Shown here: positions 44,601-62,680 of the stretch, one piece after another
Position numbering within the stretch: position 1 is the stretch's first letter
How the letters are laid out: each line of letters starts with the position of its first letter
NCBI RefSeq assembly: GCF_009914755.1
Contig: NC_060947.1
DNA: 64,000 nucleotides
Reading direction: 5' to 3' (one strand)
Source: the human T2T-CHM13v2.0 reference genome, Homo sapiens
Position numbers and translations under genes: made by a program
The notes under the pieces: model-generated
Databases searched by the model: none
Told to the model about the DNA's origin: nothing
What the model saw: the letters and a program-made list of their open reading frames with translations, nothing else

Positions 44601-47405
44601 CATTTTCACCAGATATACTATTCTAGGGTAAAACTTATTTTTCTTTAGCACTTTAAATATGTCATGCCACTTTTCTCCAGGCTTTTAAAGTTTCAACTGA
44701 AAAGTCTGCTGCCATAAGTATTCGAGTTCCTTTGTATATTATTTGTGTCTTTTCTCTTGCTGCTTTTAGAATTCTTTAGAATGCTTTTAGAATTCTTTAT
44801 ACTTGACCTTTAGGAGTCTGATTATTAAATGCCTTGAGATAGTCTTCTTTGGGTTAAATCTTGTTGGTGTCCTGTAACCTTCTTGTACTTGGATATTGAT
44901 ATCTTTCTCTAGGTTTGGGAAGTTCTGAGTCATCATTCTTTGAATAAACTTTCGACCCTTACCTCTTTCTCTACCACCTCTTTAATGCTAATAACTCTTA
45001 TATTTGCCCTTTTGAGGCTTTTTTCTAGATCCTGTAGGTGTGCTTCATTGTTTTTTAATTTTTTCTTTTGTATTCTCTATATATTTTCAATTAGCCTGTC
45101 TTAAAGCTCACTAATTTTTTCTTCTGCTTGATCAATTCTGCTATTGAAGTAGTTCTGATGCATTCTTCAGTATGCCAACTGCATTTTTTAGCTCCTGGAT
45201 TTTTGTTTGATTCTTATTATTTCAATCTCTTTGTTAAATTTATCTGATAGAATTCTGAATTCTTTCTCTGTGTGATCTTGAATATCTTAGAATTTTCTCA
45301 AAGCAGGCATTTTAAATTTTCTGTCTGAATGGTCACATGTCTCTCTGTTTCTCCAGGATTGGTCCACGGTGCCTTATTTTGTTCATTTGATGAGGTCATG
45401 TTTTCCTGGATGCTGTTTATGCTAGTAGATGTTCTTCGGTGTCTGGGCATTGAAGGCTTAAGCATTTATTGTAGTCTTCACTGTCTGAGCTTACTTGTAG
45501 CTATCCTTGGGAATGCTTTTCAGTATTTGAATAAACTTGGGTGTGATCTAAGCTGTATCTTCCTTAGAGGGTACCCCAAGCCCAGTAACCCTGTGGTTCT
45601 TGCAGACTCATAGAGGTACCATTTTGATAGTCTTGGACAAGATCCCAGAGAATTCTCTGGATTGCCAGGCAGAGACTCTTGTTCTTTTTTATTACTTTCT
45701 CCCAAACATAGAGTGTCTCTCTCTGTTCTGAATCTCCTAACGTTGAGGGTGGAGTGACACAAGCATCCCTGTGGCCACCACCACTATGACTGTGCTGAGT
45801 CATGTCTGAAGCCAGCACAGCTGTAGGTCTCACCCAAGTCCTGCTGTAACCATGCCCTGTCCACTGTCTATGTTCTCTTATAGGCCCTGGGGCTCTGTAA
45901 TCAACTGGTGGCAAAGCCAGCCAGGCCTGTGTTTTTCCCTTCAAGGCAGTAAGGTCCCCCAAGCCCTGGGTGGGTCCAAAAGTGCCACCCAGGAGTCAGG
46001 GACTAGAGTCAAAACCTTAGAAATGTTCTATTGTCTTGTGGCTTAGTTGGCACTCAAACCACAAGGTGCAGTCCTTCCCACTCTTCCCTCCTCTTTCCAA
46101 AGGGAGAGGAGCCTCACCCCATAGCCACCATCACCACAGGCCACATGGAGTACTGCCAGACTACCACTGATGTTCCCTTAAGGCCAAAAGGCTCTTAAGT
46201 CAGCTTGTGGTGAATGCTGCCTGTCCTGGGATTCACCTTTTAGGGCAGTAGGCTCCCCTCTGGCCCAGGTCAGTTCAGAAATGCAGTCCAGGAGTCAAGT
46301 CCTAGAATTGGGGACTGCAAGAGACTACTTGGTGCTCTACCCCACTTTGGCTGAGCTGGACCTAGGGTGCAAGACAAAGTCCCCTTTACTTTTCCCTCTG
46401 CTTTTCTCAAGCAGAAGGAGTTTTGCCTCTCGTAGCCACCACAGCTGGTTATGTGCTGAGTCTCACCTAAAGTCAGCAAGTCTCAGAGGCTCACCCAAGA
46501 CCCTTGATGTAGTACCTGGGTATCACTGCTGGTTATTCAGGGCACAAAGGCTCTTCAGTTAGCTGGTAATGAATGCTGCCAGGACTGGGCCCTTTCCTTC
46601 AAGGGAGTGGGTTCCCTTCTGGCCCAAGGTGTGTCTAGAAATGTTGTCTGGGAGCTAGAGCCTAGGAGGGCTCTCACAACTGCGACTGGTGCCCTGTCTG
46701 CTGTGGCTGAGCTGGTATTCTAGATGCAAGACAAAGTCCTACCCAGTCTTCTCTCTTCTCTCCTCAAGGGGAAGGAAGGGGTCTCATTTGGAACCACAAG
46801 CTGTGCAGCCTGGGGTTAAGGGAGTAGTTATGCTAGCACTCCCTTGGCTGCCCCAGCTGGTGTCTTAGTAGGTTGCATGCTCTGCCAGTCCACTGTCTCA
46901 GGACCCACTTCAGCCCTAGGACTCTCCTATGAGTTGCAGTCCTTATGGCCTTGACTGCCTTTCAGGTTTACTTGGCGACACAGAGTGCTGTAACCCTCAG
47001 TGGTGAGGTTTGCAAGAAATCAAGTCCCGACCACTGGGATCCACAATTCCCCTCTGGCTAGGGCTGTTTTACATGATCCCTCCATGAGCAGGCATTGGCT
47101 TAGTTTGGTGTGGTTTTCCTTTATGCTCTAAGAGAATAGCACTGAGTTCAGTGCTTCTTAGTTGCTGTGTTCTTCCTACCCCAGTGCACAGAGAGGCTCT
47201 CTGCACCATGCCACCGCTGCCTTGGGTTGAGGAGGGGTGGCATCAGTGATTTTGGACTGTTTTTTTTTTTTTTTTCTATCTCTTCAGTGCCTCTTTCAGC
47301 TATATGAAGTTAAAACCAGGTACTGTAAGTGCTCTCCTGATTTTTGGTTCTCATGAAGGTTTTTTTCTATGTGTGTGTGTAGACATTTCTAGTTGTTAAA
47401 TTGTT
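41648..47405 (-). mobile_element. Long old L1 (L1M1/L1MA-type): 5' UTR about 45500-47405, ORF1 region, 5' two-thirds of ORF2; short L1PA13-16-like 3' UTR piece at 41648-41745
   Basis: RT peptides [43 protein letters not shown] in the ORF track; many disablements. Confidence 0.9.
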
Positions 47406-47469
47406 GTCCTTTGATCCTGATCACTCTTGATAAATACCTATCCATTTAAGTATTTGCAAAAGATCAACG

Positions 47470-48745
47470 TTTAGCCTTCCTTATTTTCTCCTTTTTTCTT
47501 TTTATGATTTTCTATTTCATAGATTTGTACACTTATTATTATCTCTTTGATTCTACTTAATTTTGATTTAACTTGCTCATCTTTTACTACTTTCTTAAGT
47601 TCAAAACTGAGATCACTGATTTTTAAACCTTTTTTATTTTCTATTATAAACATTTAAAGCTATACATTCTCCACCAAACTCTTTCTTAGTTCCGACCCAT
47701 AGATTTTAATATGTTGTGTTTTCCTTTTCCTTCAGCTCAAATATTTTGTAATTTATATTGGGGTTTCTTTTTTGATTCATGAATTATTAAATCTGCGTTA
47801 CTTAATTTCTGAATTTGCAGTGTTCTACATAATTTTTTGTTTTTTATTTCAAATTTAAATTCATTTTGGTTAGAGAAAAAACTTTTAAAATCGATTGATA
47901 ATTGTTTTATGGTCTACAATATGGCCCATCATGATGAATGCTTCTGGTGTATTTGGAAAATTTTCATTTTATGCAGTTGTTGGGTGGAATTTTCTACAAA
48001 TGGTTATTATATTATTTGGTTGATAGTGATACTCAAATCTTATATAGCCTCATTAATTTTCTGCTTGTCCTTTTAATTCATGAAAGAGAAGAATGTTGAA
48101 GTTTCCAACTATAATGTGGATTTGCCTATTTCTCCTTTCATTTCTTTGGGTTTTATCTTCCTTACTTTGAAGCACTCTTGTTGGATGCATAGGATTTAGG
48201 ATTTAGGATTTTTAGGTCTACTTGATGATCTCACCCTTTTATCCCTATGAAATGCCCTTTTAAATTTCTGGTAATACTTTTTATTCGGAAGTCTACATTG
48301 TGTGATGTTACTGTAGCCTCTCTAGCTGTCTTATGATTAATGCCTATGTGGTATAGTTTATTCTTCATATTCAAAATAGGTGTTTTGTAGACAGCATTTC
48401 TCTTTTCATTCAGTCTGATATGCCCTGCCTGTATGTAATGTAATTATCAATGGTATCTACCAACTTGCTGGTTGCTTTCTACTCGTTCCATCTTTGTTAC
48501 GTTTTTTCTAAAAGAAAATATGTTTCTTTTAGAAAACATATGTTTATGTTTCCTACTTTCTTTTTATTTGTTTCTATTAAGGATTTCATATTATCTCCAT
48601 TATTTGACTATTAGCTGTACTTTAAACAGTGGTTTTCCTAGAGTTTATAATGTGTATCTTAACTTATTACAGTGTACCTTTAAATGGTACAGTACAATTT
48701 TACGTGTAAGAACTTTTGACCAATATGCTTCCATTTTTCCCTTTT
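47470..48745 (-). mobile_element. Old L1M ORF2 5' (endonuclease-side) fragments
   Basis: gttgaagtttccaactataat...gatttgcctatttctcctttca. Confidence 0.7.
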
Positions 48746-48748
48746 ATC

Positions 48749-49332
48749 TGTTTTAGTCCATTCAGGCTGCTATAACAAAATATCTTAGACTGGGTAGTTT
48801 GTTAACAACAGAAATTTATTGCACATAGTTCTGGAGGCTGGGAAGTTGAAGATCTAGGTGCCAGCAAGCCCAGTGTCTGGGGAAACCTAGCTCTCTGTTT
48901 CATAAATGGTGCCTTCTAGCTGTGTCCTTACATGGTGGAGGTGGCAAACAAGTTCCCTTTATCCTCATTTATGAGGGCACCAATCCAATTCTTGAGTGCT
49001 TTACCCTGATGAGCTAATCACCTTCCAAAGGCCCTACCTTTTAATATCATTGCATTGAGGATTAAGTTTCAACATATGAATTTGGAGGGGACAAAATATT
49101 CAGACCCACCCTGGGCAACACAGTGAGACCCCATCTCTACAAAAAATATTTAGAAATTATCCTGGCATGGTGGCTTATGGCTGTGGTACCAGCTACTGGG
49201 AGACTGAGGTGGGAGGATCACTTGAGCGCAGGAGTTCAAGGCTGCAGTGAGACATGTTTGCACCACTGCACTCCAGCCTGGATTACTGAGTCAAACAAAC
49301 AAACAAACAAACAAACATTCAAACCATAACAC
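48749..49332 (-). mobile_element. MLT1A/MSTD-type MaLR LTR with a 5'-truncated AluJ (49106-49316, +) inserted near its end
   Basis: tgttttagtccattcaggctgctataacaaaat...; TSD aaa(t/c)attca(g/a)acc. Confidence 0.85.
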
Positions 49333-49411
49333 ATCCTTTCTGCTGTTGTTGTCTTGGATTTTATTTCTATATGTGTTATATGTTTTTCTTTTAGTTAGTC
49401 AACTATCCTTT

Positions 49412-49666
49412 CTTAAAATTTATTGAGATCATTTTGGACTTACAGAAGAATTTCACAAATAGTACATAGGGTTTTTGTATACCCTTTATTCAGCTCCTCT
49501 AATGTTAAACTCTTACATATCCATAATACAATTATCAAAATAATAAGTTAACATTGATATACTACAATTAACCAAACCATCAACTTTCTTCAAATTCCAT
49601 TAATTTTTCCACTTTTTTTTTCTGTTCTAAGATGTAATCTGAGATCCCACATTCTATTTAGTCATG
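49412..49666 (-). mobile_element. L1MC/MD 3' UTR fragment
   Basis: ttttggacttacagaagaatt...gatcccacattctatttagt. Confidence 0.65.
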
Positions 49667-51045
<1,379 letters not shown>

Positions 51046-51059
51046 TTAAATTGTCTTTT

Positions 51060-51990
51060 TTTTAGAATGTTAAAGAACGTATTCTGCTGAGATATGACTT
51101 ATATACTTTATGATGAGACGTTTATGTTTATTCTGATTTTTGTTTCTCGGTACCAATGTATTTTTTTCCTGGCTGCTTATACTTATTTTTTCTCTATCAC
51201 TGGTTTTTAGGAATTCCATTATGATGCGTTCAGTGTGGCTTTTTTTGTGTTTGTCCTACTTGGATTCATTGACTTTATTGAATTTATGGATTTGTAGTTT
51301 TTATTGAATTTAGATAATTTGGGGGCATTATTTCTTTAAATTTTTTTTTGTTGTTGTTCCTCAGCTTTCTGGGACTACAGTTACACATATACCAGGACCG
51401 CTTGATTTTGTTCCATAGGTTACTGAGATTCTGCTAATGTTTTGGTCTTTTTTGTCTTTATGCTTTATTTTGGATAGTTTTTTGTTGTTGTTTGTTTGTT
51501 TGTTTGTTTGTTTTTTATGTTGTTTTGCTCTTGTTGCCCAGGCTGGAGTTCAAAGGCGCAATCTCTGCTCACTGCAACCTCTGCTTCCCAGGTTCAAACG
51601 ATTCTCTTGCCTCAGCTTCCCAAGGAGCTAGGAGTTCAAACAATTCTCCTGCCTCAGTCCCCCAAGGAGCTAGGATTACAGATGCACACCACCATTCCCG
51701 GCTAATTTTTGTATTTTTAGTAGAGATGAGGTTTCACCATCTTGGCCAGGCCGATCTTGAACTCCTAACCTCGTAATCCACCTGCCTCGGCCTCCTAATG
51801 TGCTGGGATTACAGGCGTGAGCCACCGCACCCAGCCTATTTTGCTTAGTTTCTATTGCTATGTCTTCAAGTTCACTATGTTTTTTTCTTCTCAGGTGTCT
51901 AATCTGCTGTTAATTTCAAGTGTATTTTTTTCATATATTTTATTTTTCTTTCAAGAAGTTTCCTTCGACTGTTTCTCATAACCATTTTTC
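51060..51990 (-). mobile_element. HAL1/old L1 5'-region fragment split by an Alu
   Basis: ctgggactacagttacacatat; tctattgctatgtcttcaagttcact. Confidence 0.55.
51478..51836 (-). mobile_element. Alu (AluS) with 42-bp internal tandem duplication
   Basis: (GTTT)n tail; TSD-like tattttg(ga/ct)tagttt. Confidence 0.93.
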
Positions 51991-52355
51991 TTCTCTTCTA
52001 CTATGTTCATTTTCCTTTGAATTCTTTAATATTCTTAACACAAATACCAAATGACTGCATTATTGTTGTGAAATATTTTTAGAAATTATATAAGTATATA
52101 CATTAAAAATAGAAAAAATTATTTTTGATCTTTCCTCATCCCTCATCTCTATCCTCCTAAATCTACCCCTGTCAGAGGTTGTTGGTAGAAGTGATATTTT
52201 GATGTGCATACCTAAAACTGTTTTCTATGCATTACCATACATATATGTGTTCTCAGTCAAATATATAATTACATAAAACATAAATGCGATCATCCTATAT
52301 GCATATTGTTTTTCAGTTTGCTTTCGTTTTTGCCCAAAAATATATTGTGGGGATC

Positions 52356-52613
52356 TTTTCTTCTTCTTCTTCTTCTTCTTATTCTTCTTCTTCTTCTTTT
52401 TTTTTTTTTTTTAGAGATGAAATCTCACTCGTTGCCCAGGCTGGAGTGTGGTGGCACCATCATCAAGGCTCACTGCAGCCTTAGTCTCTCAGGCTCATGC
52501 AATCCTCCTGCCTCAGCCTCCTGAGTAGCTAAGACCACAGGTGTTTGCTACTATGCCTGGATAATATAAAAAAAAATTTTTGTAGAGATAGGGTCTCACT
52601 ATGTTGCCCAGAC
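52356..52613 (-). mobile_element. Truncated AluJ with (TTC)n tail
   Basis: gctcactgcagcctt; gggtctcactatgttgccca. Confidence 0.88.
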
Positions 52614-52804
52614 TTTTTCATGTTAATATATGTAGATCAATTTTAATTACATTACCAATTTGTGTTTCCAGTTTTAAAAGTCATAATTTATTTAACCATT
52701 GACTTATTTAGATTATTTTCAAGTTTTTGCTCTTTCAAACAATAATGTACTGCTTTGTAAAATATCTTTGTAGATAGTTGCTACCATTATTTCTATTATA
52801 GTAC

Positions 52805-53050
52805 CAATAGCTAGCATTTGTTGTGTGGTTAGTATTTGCCAAGTGCTATGCATAGGGCTTTACATAAATTATCTCATTTAATATTTACATCATTCAGTAG
52901 GTTCTACTATTATTATTACTACTATTATTTCCATATTGCAATGAAGTAGCTGATGCTTAGTTTTAACTAAGCATAGTTAAAACTAAGATATGTAGTTAGT
53001 GCTACATATCTGGAAAATATTGGAATCAAAATGCAAACCCAGAAAGACTT
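52805..53050 (-). mobile_element. MIR
   Basis: ctttacataaattatctcatttaat core. Confidence 0.65.
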
Positions 53051-53979
53051 GATAATTTTTTCTTAATTAATAAACTATTACCTGTTTAGAATATTTTTGG
53101 AAGCATAGATTCAAATAAGTGGAATTGCTGGATATGTATATTTTAAATTTTGCTAGTTATTTCCATATTTCCCTCCATAAAGACTAAGCCAGTGTTTATC
53201 CTCTCAAGCTAGTCAACCCTCCCATCTCTGTAAATGTATTGTAAGTTCCACTCCACTATCTCTCCCAAATCTATCCTTTTCTTCAGAGGAAACTATGCAC
53301 AGCAGTTTCATGTTCATTCTTTAAGTCTTTTTATTTACATTTGCATGTATGTATGTATGTGTAATTTTATCATTTTTTTCAAATATAAACACATACTATT
53401 TTACAACTGAAATTCCTCATTTTAGAGCTATTTCTATACAGTACCTATAGTCCTTTATCATTCTTTTTAGCAGCTGTTTAGTATTTCATTATATAACCAT
53501 ACCATAACTTATTTTACCATTGCACTATGTAAGTAATATTTACACATTTAAGTAATTTCCAATTTTTATATATTATAAACACTGTAAGAGTTAACATACT
53601 GTACATTTATTCAATGAGTATGTATTGAGCTTTTGCTGTTCAAGAGACACCATTCCAGGTGGTAGAGATGCAGAAATGAATTAAACATTAAAAACTCATC
53701 ATCCACAGAGTTTTAATTTAAATAAAAGGACAAAATAGAATAAAAAACTAATTAAAATATTTATATAGGATAATAGATGGTAATAAATACTGTAAAAAAA
53801 TCAAAGAGTGCTATGAGTGGAGGCTGAGAGTTTTAAATAGACATCAGGGCAGTGATCACTCAGAAGGTAAGATTTGAGCAAAGTCTTGAAAGAACTAAGT
53901 GTAGGAGCCATGTCTATAGCTTGAGAAAGAGCATTTCAGGCAGAAGGAAGAACAGATGCTGGGACTTGAGATGAGATCG

Positions 53980-54362
53980 TGTATCAGTTTGTTGCTGCAC
54001 TGCTGTAAAGAAATACCTGAAACTGGATAATTTATAAAGAAAAGAGTTTTAATTGACTCATGGTTCTGCAGGCTGTACAGAAAGCATGGCTGGTGAGTCC
54101 TCAGAAAACTTTCCATCATGGTGGAAGGGGAAGAGAAGGAGGCACATCTTAGATGGCCAAAGCAGGAGGAAGAGAGGGAAGGGGGAGGCGCTACAAACGT
54201 TTAAACAACCAGATATCATGAGAACTCATTCACTATCATGAGAACAGCAAGGGGGAAATCTGCCCTGATGATCTAATCACCTCCCACCAAGCCCCTCCTC
54301 CAACATTGAGGATCACAAGTCCACCTGAGAGTTGGGCAGGGACACAAATCCAAACCATATCA
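53980..54362 (-). mobile_element. MSTA-like MaLR solo LTR
   Basis: tgtatcagtt...aagaaatacctga...aaaccatatca. Confidence 0.88.
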
Positions 54363-54517
54363 GATCATGTCTAGCATTTGCAAAAAAAAAAAAAAAGAAG
54401 AAGAAAGATGAAGGTGAGTGTGGCTGGAGGAGCGTGAAAAAGAGAAACCAAGAGATAGAAAGAAGTGATGAGGTCAGAGAGGTTACACGGGTCCAGGCTC
54501 TTAGAAACTGTTGTAGG

Positions 54518-54833
<316 letters not shown>

Positions 54834-55126
54834 TGTAAGGATGTTAGCTTTACCCTGAGTTTGATGGGAAGCCACTGGAGGACATTAAAGCAGAGGTACG
54901 TGACATCATCTTTCTTAGCTTTTTAAAGGATCACTCTGGCTACTTTTTGAAAGAGATTAGGGAGCCCAAGTGCAACTAGGGAGATGAGATAGGAGGTTAT
55001 TGCAATACTTCAGCTGAAGGATGATGAAAGTTTGAACCATGGTTGAACAATGGAGACAATGAGAAGTGTTTGGACCATACATATACAAGCATACCTAATT
55101 TTATTATGCTTCACTTTATTGTGCTT

Positions 55127-55461
55127 TACATATGTGTGTGTATATATATATATACATTCATATATATATATTCATATATATGAATATATAAGTATATGTA
55201 TGTATATATACATATACGCATATGTACATATACATGTATACATATATGTATGTATACATGTATACGTACATATATGTATACGTACATGTATGTATATGTA
55301 TATAGGTATACGTACATGTATGCATATGTATATAGGTATACGTACATGGATGTATATGTATATATGTATACGTACATGGATGTATATGTATATATGTATA
55401 CGTACATGTATGTACATGTATATATACATATAAGTATATGTGTATATGTATATATACATAT
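55127..55461. repeat. TA-rich micro/minisatellite with about five 30-bp units
   Basis: Unit gtatacgtacatg(t/g)atg(t/c)atatgtatata(g/t). Confidence 0.9.
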
Positions 55462-56418
55462 TTTACAAATTGAAGGTTTGCGGCAACCCTGTGTTGAGCA
55501 AGTCTATTAGCAAATTTTCCAACACTGTGTGCTCACATTGTGTCTCTGGATCATGTTTTGAAAATTCCCACAGTATTTCAAACTTTATTATTATTATATC
55601 TGTTATGGCAATCTATGATCAATGATTTTTGATGTTGCTATCTAATTGTTTTGAGGCATCACAAACTGAGTCCATATAAGATGACAAGATTAATTGAGAA
55701 ACGTGTGTGTTTGACTATTCTACCAACCAGTTGGTCTCTCTCCCTCTCATGGAACCTCTCTATTCCCTGAGACACAATGATGCTGAAATTAGACCAAGTA
55801 ATTACCTTAACAGTGGCCTCTAAGTGTTTAAGTGATAGGAAGTGTCACATGTCTCTCACTTCAAATCAAAATCTAGAAATGATTAAGTTTAGGGATGAAG
55901 GCCTGTCAAAAGACAAGATAGGCCAAAAGCTAGGCCTCTGGCATGTAACAGTCACGTAGTGAACGCAAAGGAAAAGTTCTTGAAGGAAATTAAAAGTGCT
56001 ATTCCAGTGAATACACAAACAATTAAAAAAGCAAAACAGCCTTATTGCTGATATGAAAAAAGTTTGAGTGATTTGGAAGGAAGATCAAATGAGCCCCCAA
56101 ATTCTCTTAAGTTAAAGCTTAATCCAGAGCAAGGCCCTAACTCTCTTTAATTCTATAAAGACTGAGAGAGGCAAGGAAGCTAGCTGCAAAAGAAAAGTTT
56201 GAAGCTAGCAGAAGTTGTCTCCAGAGGTTTAAAGAAAATAGCTGTATCCATAACATAAAAGTGCAAGGTGAAGCAGCAAGTATGATGTAGAAGCTGCAGC
56301 ACATTATCCAGATGTAGCTAAGATCATTGATGAAAGTGGTTACACTAAACAACAGATTTTTAATGTAGATGAAATAACCATCTATTGGAAGAAGATAACA
56401 TCTAGGACCTTCATGGAT

Positions 56419-56793
56419 GTATTATTGCATTCTCACACTGGTAATAAAGACATATCTGAGACTGGGTAATGTATAAAGGAAAGAGGTTTAGTTGACTCAC
56501 AGTTCAGCATGGCTGGGGAGGCCTCAGGAAATTTACAATCATGACACAAGGAGAAGGAAACACATCCTTCTTCACATGGTAGCAGGAAGGAGAAGTGTGG
56601 AGTGAAGAGGGGAAAACCCCCTTATAAAACCATCAGATCTTGTGATAACTCACTATCACGAGAACAGCATGGGGGGACTGCCCCCATGATCTAATCGCCT
56701 CCCACAAGGTCCCTCCCCCAACACATGGGGATTATCATTCAGATCACAATTCAAGACGAGATTTGGGTGGGGACACAGAGCCAGACCATATCA
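56419..56793 (-). mobile_element. THE1C/D solo LTR
   Basis: tgtatta...gactcacagttcagcatggctggggaggcctcagg...gatttgggtggggacacagagccagaccatatca. Confidence 0.9.
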
Positions 56794-57091
56794 GTAGATA
56801 AAGAGGAGAAGTCAGTGCCTGGCTTCACAGTTCAAATGACAGGCTGAATCGCTTGTTAGGGGCTAATGCAGCTTGTGACTTTAACTTAAAGCCCATATTT
56901 ATTTACCATTCGAAAAATCCTAAGGCTCTTAAGAATGATGCAAAATCTGCTCTGCCTATATACTATAAATGGAACAACAAAGTCTGAGTGACAGTACGTC
57001 TGTTTACAGCATGGTTTACTAAATATATAAACCCACTCTTGAGACATACTTCTCGGAAAAAAAAGATTCCTTTCAAAATGTTACTGCTCAT

Positions 57092-57546
57092 TATATTCCC
57101 AATAGCCAAGACATGGAATCAACCTAAATGCCCATCAGTGGTAGACTGGATAAAGAAAATGTGGTCCATATACACCATGGGACACTGTGCAGCCATAAAA
57201 AAGAATGAGATCATGTCCTTTGTAGGACCATGGATGGAGCTGGAGGCCATTATTCTAAGCAAACTGACGCAGGAACGGAAAACCAAATACTGTATGTTCT
57301 CACTTATAAGTGGGAGCTAAATGATGAGAACACATGGACACAAAGAGAGGAACAACAGACACTGGGGCCTACCTGAGGGTGGAGGGTGGGAGGAGAGAGA
57401 GTGTCAGAAAAAAATAACTATTGGGTACAAGGCTTAGTACCTAGATGACAAAATAATCTGTATAACAAACCCCTGTGGCATGAGTTTACACATATAACAA
57501 ACCTACACATGTGCCCATGAACCTAAAATAAAAGTTCTTAAAAAAT
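57092..57546 (+). mobile_element. L1PA13-16-type 3' end
   Basis: [11 protein letters not shown]...MFSLISGS; TSD ttactgctcat. Confidence 0.9.
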
Positions 57547-58621
57547 ATATTACTGCTCATTGACAGTGTACCTTGTCACCCAAGAGCTCTGATGAAGGTA
57601 CACCAGGAATTTGTGTTTTAATGCCTGCTAGTACATCTATTCTGCAGCCCAGGGATCAAAGACTAATTTCAATTTTCAAGACTTACTATTTAATAAATAT
57701 ATTTCATAAAGCTGTATAGCTGCCAATTCATCTTAACAGGATTTTGGAAGAAGTTAATTCCAACCTTTATGGATGACTTTGAGGAGTTCAAGAGTTTAAA
57801 GGAGAAAGTAACACAGATATGGTGAAAATAGCAAGAGAACTAGAATTAGAAGTGAAGCCTGAAGATGTAACTGAACTGATGCAATCTCATTATATACCTT
57901 GAATAGATGAGGAGCTGCTGCTTACAAATGACCAAAGAAAATGGTTTCTTGAGATGCAATCTACTTGTGATGAAGACGCTGTTACCATTATTGAAATGAC
58001 AACAGAGGATTTAGAATATTCTATAAATTTAGTCGATAAAGCAGTGGCAGAATTTGGGAGGACTTTCTCAAATTTTGAAAGACTTTCTAGTGTGAATAAA
58101 ATGCTATCAAACAGTATCACATGCTACAGGGAAATATTTCATGAAAAGAAGAGTCCATCAATGAAGTAAACTTCATTTTTTTCTTATTTTTTCAAATTGC
58201 CACAGCCACATCCACCTTCAGCAACTAACATCTTTATAAGTTAGGAGGCACCAACACTGAGGGAAGACCCTCCACTAACAAAAAGATTATGACTGGCTAA
58301 AGACTCAGATGATTGTTAGCATTCTTATCAATGAAGTATTTTTCAGTTAGGATATGTAAATGTTTTAGACATATAATGCTATTGCATACTTAATAGACTG
58401 CAGTATAATGTAAGCATAATTTTTATATGCATCAGGAAGCCAAAAACTTCATGTGACTTTCTTTATTGTGATATTTGCTTTATTGAAGTGGTCTGGAACT
58501 GAATCTACATGCCTGTACTTTGAAGGTAGTACCAATAGGATTTGCTGCTGAAGTAGATATGAAGTGTGAGAGAAAGCAAGGAATAAAGAATAACTCCAGT
58601 GTTTCTGAAGACATTTCCATT

Positions 58622-58971
58622 CCTATGGTCTAAATGTTCGTGTCCGCCAAAATGTATATGTTGAATCCTAATCCCCAATGCAATAGTATTAAGAAATGGG
58701 GCCTTTGGGAGGTTACCAGGTCATGAGGGCAGAGCTCTTATGAACAGAATTAGCACCCTTATAAACAAGGTCCAATGGAGTTTGTTTGTCTTTTCTACCA
58801 TATGAAGACACAGTGAGAAGGCACCATCTATGAATCAGAGAGTGAGCCCTTACGGAATGCCAAATATACTGGTGCCTTGTTTGTGGACTTTCCAGCAAAA
58901 TAAATTGCTGTTGATTATAAGCTACCCAGTTTAGTGTATTTTGTTATAGCAGCCTGAATGGACTAAGATAC
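58622..58971 (+). mobile_element. MLT1A-type solo LTR
   Basis: ctatggtctaaatg...tttgttatagcagcctgaatggactaagata. Confidence 0.88.
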
Positions 58972-59389
58972 CCATCAGCTGAGATGTGGAAGACCACTGG
59001 GAAGAACAGCTTTGGGGATGTAAGTTTGACTTTTGAATGATAAATATGAGATGAGTATTACACATATAATTAGAGCTGTTGTAAATACAAATATAGAGTT
59101 TAGGCGAGAAGTATGTACTGGAAGTTGTCAAAATGTATTTATTTTTTGTATATACGTGTCTAATTGTTCCAAACTCAATTGTTGAAAAGACTATCGTTTG
59201 TCCTATAATGTTTCCTTACATTTTGATCTATAATCAGTTGTCTATATAGGCATGTATGTGTGGATCTCTTTCTGAACTCTGTTCTGTTCCATAGATATAG
59301 TTCTGTCAATGGAATAGAAATACCAATACCACACTTTCTTAATTATATTAAGTAAGAGTAGTTTTTATTAAGTAGGAATCATTGTATTA

Positions 59390-61756
<2,367 letters not shown>

Positions 61757-61839
61757 GTTGACAATTGCACCACCAAGGACTGAAATAACTGTGTTTGGAG
61801 ACTATAAACCCAAAGCATTGTGTGCAGATATTTGTTTCA

Positions 61840-62680
61840 CTTTTATTGAGGTATAATTGCCAAATAAAAATTGTATAATTTTAGCTCTACAACATGGTGT
61901 TTTTATGTACATATACATAGTGAAGTGATTACCATAATCAAGCTAATTAACATATCCATCTCCTCACATAGTTACCTTGTTATTTTATTTTTTTTGCTTG
62001 TGGTGAAAACACTTCAGATCTACTCTCTTAGAAAATTTCAACTTATTATTATTATTATTAATTTCTTTTTGAGACAGGATCTCACTTTGTTGCCCAGGCT
62101 GGAGCAGAGTGGCGAGATCACAGCTCGCCGCAGCCTCAACCTCCCAGGCTCAAGTGATTCTCCTCCCTTAGCCTCTTGAGTAGCTAGGACTACAGGTGTG
62201 CACCACTACATGCTCAGCTAATTTTTTAAAAAAATTATTTTGCAGAAATGGGGTTCCACTCTGTGGCCCAGACTGGTTTCAAACTCCCGACCTCAAGCAA
62301 TTCTCCTACTTCAGCCTCCCAAAGTGCTGAGATTACAAGACTGAGCAACTGTGCCTGGCATGTAGTTATTATTAACTGTAATCACCATGCCATACATTAG
62401 ATCTCTAGAACTTATTCATCCTGAATAATTGAAACTTTGTACCCTTTGGTCAACATCTCCCTATTTCCCCCACTCTCCAAGCCCCTGGGCAACCAGATTC
62501 TACTCTCTGCTTCCATGAGTTCTAGTTTTTAGACTCCACATATATGTGAGATAATGCAGTTTTCTTCCTTCTACGTCTGGCTTATTTCACTTACCATGAT
62601 GTTCTCCAGATTTATTCACATTGTCTCAAATGGCAGAATTTCCTTCATCTTTTTTTTTTTAAGCTGAATAGTATTCTATA
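61840..62680 (-). mobile_element. L1MA8-10-type 3' UTR split by AluJ (62045-62359, -)
   Basis: caagctaattaacatatccatctcctcacatagttacc; tacattagatctctagaacttattcatc. Confidence 0.88.

Larger units (their letters stand above)
55086..58515 (+). mobile_element. Near full-length Tigger1 (decayed transposase) with nested minisatellite, THE1 and L1
   Basis: TIRs caagcatacc / catgcctg flanked by TA; peptides RKCHMSLT..QNLEMIK and [29 protein letters not shown]. Confidence 0.93.

Noticed and set aside
55260-55430. 30-bp repeats as a CRISPR-like array, and repetitive ORFs over them
   Set aside because: Tandem low-complexity units with no spacers, in eukaryotic DNA.
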